From Candidatus Saccharimonadota bacterium (GTDB lineage: Bacteria; Patescibacteriota; Gracilibacteria; Absconditabacterales; Absconditicoccaceae), in NCBI GenBank assembly GCA_030429145.1, contig JAUIDC010000001.1, positions 270,001-302,000 of the forward strand: a stretch of 32,000 bases of DNA, written 5' to 3'. This document shows, piece after piece, positions 29,437-32,000 of this stretch. The notes below the pieces were generated by a model, which ran no database searches, was not told the DNA's origin, and was given only the letters and a program-made list of their open reading frames with translations. Every line of letters begins with the position of its first letter. Positions within the stretch are counted from its first letter, which is position 1. Both the position numbers and the translations under genes were made by a program.

Positions 29437-30008
29437 TATTTATTCGCGTCTTCGCGTAATGCTTTCAAAATATCCTCAAATACCTCTTCCACTGTTTGTG
29501 TCCCGTCTATCTTTACTAGTGTACCAAAGTGTTCGATATATTCAATGATTGGCATGGTCTGCGAATAATAGGTATTGATACGATTTTCCACACTCTCTTT
29601 CGTATCATCGGGGCGTCCTCTCTTCATAGCACGCTCAATAGCAACATCTTTAGGCACATCTATCCAAATACCAATAATTTCACGTTTATTTCTATACATC
29701 CTATCCAAAAACGAGTGCATCTGCGGAATATCACGAGGAAATCCATCAACGATCATCTTCTGACTCTCTCCGAGCGTCACGTAAAATGCATCAAAAAGCG
29801 CTACTACAAGAGCGTCATGAAGCAATTTTCCTTGATCCATAAGCACCTTAATGTACGAGCCAATTGCATTGTCATTGGACTCTAAGGCACGAAGGACTGC
29901 TCCTGATTCGAAATAACGATACTGGTTAATAAAATGATCAACCAGTTTCTTTGCTTGCGTTCCTTTTCCCGACCCTTGCGCTCCAAACAGAACGATATCT
30001 TTCAGCAT
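29436..30008 (-). CDS. adk: adenylate kinase (190 aa, short lid)
   Basis: Track ORF. P-loop FGAQGSGKGTQAKKL, VDGFPRD, RPDD. Its TAA stop overlaps the downstream ATG by 1 nt. No TGA. Confidence 0.95.
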   Translation of the reverse strand: MLKDIVLFGAQGSGKGTQAKKLVDHFINQYRYFESGAVLRALESNDNAIGSYIKVLMDQGKLLHDALVVALFDAFYVTLGESQKMIVDGFPRDIPQMHSFLDRMYRNKREIIGIWIDVPKDVAIERAMKRGRPDDTKESVENRINTYYSQTMPIIEYIEHFGTLVKIDGTQTVEEVFEDILKALREDANK

Positions 30009-30082
30009 GCTTCTCTCTAACAGGTAAATAATACGCTTTATCTATACCGAAAACCACCCCTGTATGCAATGCTAACTCACTC

Positions 30083-30110
30083 TTGTATTCTTTTATTTAT
30101 TTCGTATACT
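30083..30110 (+). promoter_or_regulatory. candidate sigma70-type promoter for the cold-shock gene
   Basis: TTGTAT, a 16-nt spacer, then TATACT, about 50 nt upstream of ATG 30163. This would give the long 5' UTR typical of csp genes. Motif match only. Confidence 0.35.
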
Positions 30111-30162
30111 TGATAGTAAGGAGTTATTATTCTCCAGGTTTATCTATTATACTTATAAGTTA

Positions 30163-30429
30163 ATGCAAGGTACTGTAAAATTCTTCAACGTTACAAAAGG
30201 TTTCGGATTCATCACTGACGAATCAAACCAGGATCACTTCATCCACATTTCTAACATCCCTTCAGGAGAAGCTCTTGAAGAAGGACAGGTTGTATCTTTC
30301 GAGATCCGCGAAGGTAGAAACGGTAAGATGGAAGCTTACGACGTAACTACTGGTTCTGCTGGTGTAGAAGGAAACGTTGAAATCAACGACGGTTCAGACG
30401 ATGATATGTCTGATGACGACGCTGAGTAA
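30163..30429 (+). CDS. cold-shock domain protein with acidic C-terminal extension (88 aa)
   Basis: Track ORF. RNP1/RNP2-like KGFGFI and DHFIHIS, followed by a tail of about 20 aa, GSDDDMSDDDAE. TAA stop. Confidence 0.9.
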   Translation: MQGTVKFFNVTKGFGFITDESNQDHFIHISNIPSGEALEEGQVVSFEIREGRNGKMEAYDVTTGSAGVEGNVEINDGSDDDMSDDDAE

Positions 30430-30484
30430 TCACGCTCTTAAAAAACTGATTATATACTTCTAGTAAATAAATGCGGTTTTGAAT

Positions 30485-30510
30485 CTCTGTCCTCGGACAG
30501 AGGTTTTTTT
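30485..30510 (+). terminator. Rho-independent terminator after csp
   Basis: CTCTGTCC-tc-GGACAGAG followed by gttttttt. Confidence 0.65.
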
Positions 30511-30514
30511 GTAC

Positions 30515-30547
30515 AAAAAATGCCACAGAACAGATAATTCTGTGGCA
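30515..30547 (-). terminator. Rho-independent terminator (minus strand) after CDS 30569..31042
   Basis: The + strand reads aaaaaa-TGCCACAGAA-cagataa-TTCTGTGGCA. On the minus strand this is a 10-bp hairpin followed by a T-run. Confidence 0.65.
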
Positions 30548-30568
30548 TTATGTATCAAGTATTTTGCC

Positions 30569-31042
30569 TTAGTCATGGCTCATTGCAGCTACAAATTCAC
30601 CACTTAATCCTTCATTGGACATATACCAGCTACCCTCTACTATGAGTGTATCATTATTTATATGACCGGTATATACGATTATAAGGTCATGAGGTGGATT
30701 CTTCCCTTTATATTTCTTGAAGAATATAAGAGGAGGAAGAGGATCTTGTTTATCATCTGGCAAGTATCCTCTCCAAACGATATCAAATTCTCCCAAATCA
30801 TCGCTACCATAACCCGTCTTAACAGAGTTGGCGAATTTATTATGCTCAGCCTCCGTCAAAAAGGCTAAAACTGTTGGGCTTCCAGTGAGAAGATGTCTTA
30901 TTTTCTCCAGATCATCAACTTCTTTTAACCACTTGACCGGATAGTGTTCATACCCTGGGGTCAGTGTCATCTCAAAGCTAATAATTTTACCCTCTTCTGT
31001 GAAAGTGCCTTTTATGAATGTTTTTTGTATTGCGGTTTCCAT
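30569..31042 (-). CDS. hypothetical protein (157 aa)
   Basis: Track ORF 30569..31189 trimmed to the internal ATG 31042 (METAIQKTFIKG..). The upstream 49 codons overlap the rpsI terminator hairpin. TAA stop. No known motif. Confidence 0.55.
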   Translation of the reverse strand: METAIQKTFIKGTFTEEGKIISFEMTLTPGYEHYPVKWLKEVDDLEKIRHLLTGSPTVLAFLTEAEHNKFANSVKTGYGSDDLGEFDIVWRGYLPDDKQDPLPPLIFFKKYKGKNPPHDLIIVYTGHINNDTLIVEGSWYMSNEGLSGEFVAAMSHD

Positions 31043-31093
31043 GTCATTATATTTTGTGAAACACAATAATATATTTTTTACAGAAAGAGTCAA

Positions 31094-31123
31094 TAAAAAA
31101 ACCCTGCCGGTGCATCGGGAGGG
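31094..31123 (-). terminator. Rho-independent terminator (minus strand) after rpsI
   Basis: The + strand reads aaaaaaaa-CCCTGCCG-gtgcat-CGGGAGGG. On the minus strand this is an 8-bp stem with one mismatch, followed by a T-run. Confidence 0.55.
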
Positions 31124-31192
31124 ATTTGCGTTTCTCTCTGAAAATAGAATTGCTTGTTTGATATGAATTTCATGCACGAATGCAAGCATATA

Positions 31193-31621
31193 TTAACGCT
31201 TTGATCGCTTTGGTTTCTTTCTCGCTTTCTTGAGACCTGGTTTCATACGCTCTTTAGATCTTGGATCTCTCTTGAGGAGACCGTATGGCTTAAGTTGTCC
31301 TCTGAGCTCAGGATCCCATTCGATAAGTGCTCTCGCAAATGCAAGTTTGATAGCATCTGCATGTCCTGCGATACCACCTGACGTCAATTTGATTTCAGCG
31401 TCAAACTTATTCACGTTATCCTTTCCAGTTACCACAATTGGAAACATAGCAAGATCATGAAGGTACTCATTACCTCCAAAGTACTCTTTCATGCTTATAC
31501 CATTCTCTCCTTTCTGGATAGTATAGTTACCTTTACCATTTGGGAAAAGTTTCACTACAGCCGTAGCTACCTTTCTTCTTCCCACAGCATATTTATAGTT
31601 TGCTTTCTTTGCAGCTGTCAT
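31193..31621 (-). CDS. rpsI: 30S ribosomal protein S9 (142 aa)
   Basis: Track ORF. GGIAGHADAIKLAFARAL, LLKRDPRSKERMKPGLKKARKKPKRSKR. No TGA. Confidence 0.95.
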   Translation of the reverse strand: MTAAKKANYKYAVGRRKVATAVVKLFPNGKGNYTIQKGENGISMKEYFGGNEYLHDLAMFPIVVTGKDNVNKFDAEIKLTSGGIAGHADAIKLAFARALIEWDPELRGQLKPYGLLKRDPRSKERMKPGLKKARKKPKRSKR

Positions 31622-31623
31622 GA

Positions 31624-32000
31624 TTAGTCGATACGTGTAGGATGTAAATTATCGTATTTTGCTGTCTCAGTCGTGAAGAGCTTCAATCTCTTCATGCGTC
31701 TGTCTCTGAGCTTATTCTTAGGAAGCATTCCTCTTACAGCAAACCACAATGGGTCTGTAGGCTTCTTCTGGAGCAATGTGTGGAGTGTCTTTGACTTCAC
31801 ATTACCCTTGTAACCGCTGTACGTATAGTAGAGCTTCTGTAGCAATTTCTTGCCCGTAACCTTTACCTGGTCAGCATTCTCAACTACCACAAACCCACCG
31901 GCATCCCGGAAGTCAGAATAGCTAGGATTGTTCTTTCCCATAAGCAAGTCTGCACAGATCACGGCAAGTCTTCCAAGAGTCTTCCCCTTAGCGTCTATCT
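31624..32000 (-). CDS. rplM: 50S ribosomal protein L13 (N-terminus beyond window end)
   Basis: Track ORF 31624..31962 extends in frame to the window edge (..DAKGKTLGRLAVICADLLMGKNNP..). GYKGNVKS, AVRGMLPKNKL. Conserved rplM-rpsI order. Confidence 0.95.
   Translation of the reverse strand, partial: IDAKGKTLGRLAVICADLLMGKNNPSYSDFRDAGGFVVVENADQVKVTGKKLLQKLYYTYSGYKGNVKSKTLHTLLQKKPTDPLWFAVRGMLPKNKLRDRRMKRLKLFTTETAKYDNLHPTRID

Noticed and set aside
1-32000. Alternative reading TGA=Trp (table 4, Mycoplasma/Spiroplasma type) or TGA=selenocysteine or programmed readthrough
   Set aside because: The TGA positions in MutS, NrdA, RluA and the sugar transferase fall on Gly of conserved motifs (PMAGVP, GRHPV, GLK.YY, VGPRP, DTxGLL, GxxHQIR), not on Trp or Cys. 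About 54 occurrences in 13 genes is far too many for Sec or occasional readthrough.
1-32000. Search for CRISPR arrays, tRNA or rRNA genes, transposases, integrases and prophage genes
   Set aside because: I saw no regularly spaced short repeats. The intergenic regions are AT-rich and too short, with no cloverleaf-like GC-rich 70-90 nt segments. No recombinase or transposase motifs appeared in any re-joined ORF. The only long repeat is the 116-bp tandem duplication.

Overview
Gene-dense 32 kb chromosomal segment, roughly 40% G+C by eye (not computed). It only reads coherently if TGA encodes glycine, i.e. translation table 25, the code known from Gracilibacteria/BD1-5 and Absconditabacteria/SR1 (Patescibacteria/CPR). 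The supplied six-frame track treats TGA as stop. As a result 13 genes are split or truncated at about 54 in-frame TGA codons, a 360-codon gene is almost invisible, and a 63-codon ORF is missing entirely. All 25 gene ends inside the window are TAA or TAG. After re-joining I count 26 protein-coding loci. Recognisable ones are ppdK (partial), a COG1373/DUF4143 AAA+ ATPase, a DUF389 membrane protein, a C39-like cysteine-peptidase lipoprotein, a DUF2779 protein, mutS, nrdB-nrdA (nrdB with class Ic hallmarks), a 1380-aa secreted DUF11/Cys-rich-repeat surface protein, a WbaP-type priming sugar transferase, cutA, a FecR-like membrane protein, an RluA-family pseudouridine synthase, adk, a cold-shock protein, rpsI and rplM (partial). 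Nine loci have no assignable function, including a 1161-aa orphan rebuilt from five track ORFs. I recognised no rRNA, tRNA, CRISPR array, transposase or integrase. Other points: a perfect 2 x 116 bp tandem duplication frameshifts a small gene; the 1380-codon surface-protein gene contains no TGA; and a co-directional envelope block (sugar transferase, orphan, mini-TM ORF, giant surface protein) is the best candidate for something undescribed. CDS ends were checked against track frames. Hairpin and motif coordinates are hand-read and may be off by 1-2 nt.
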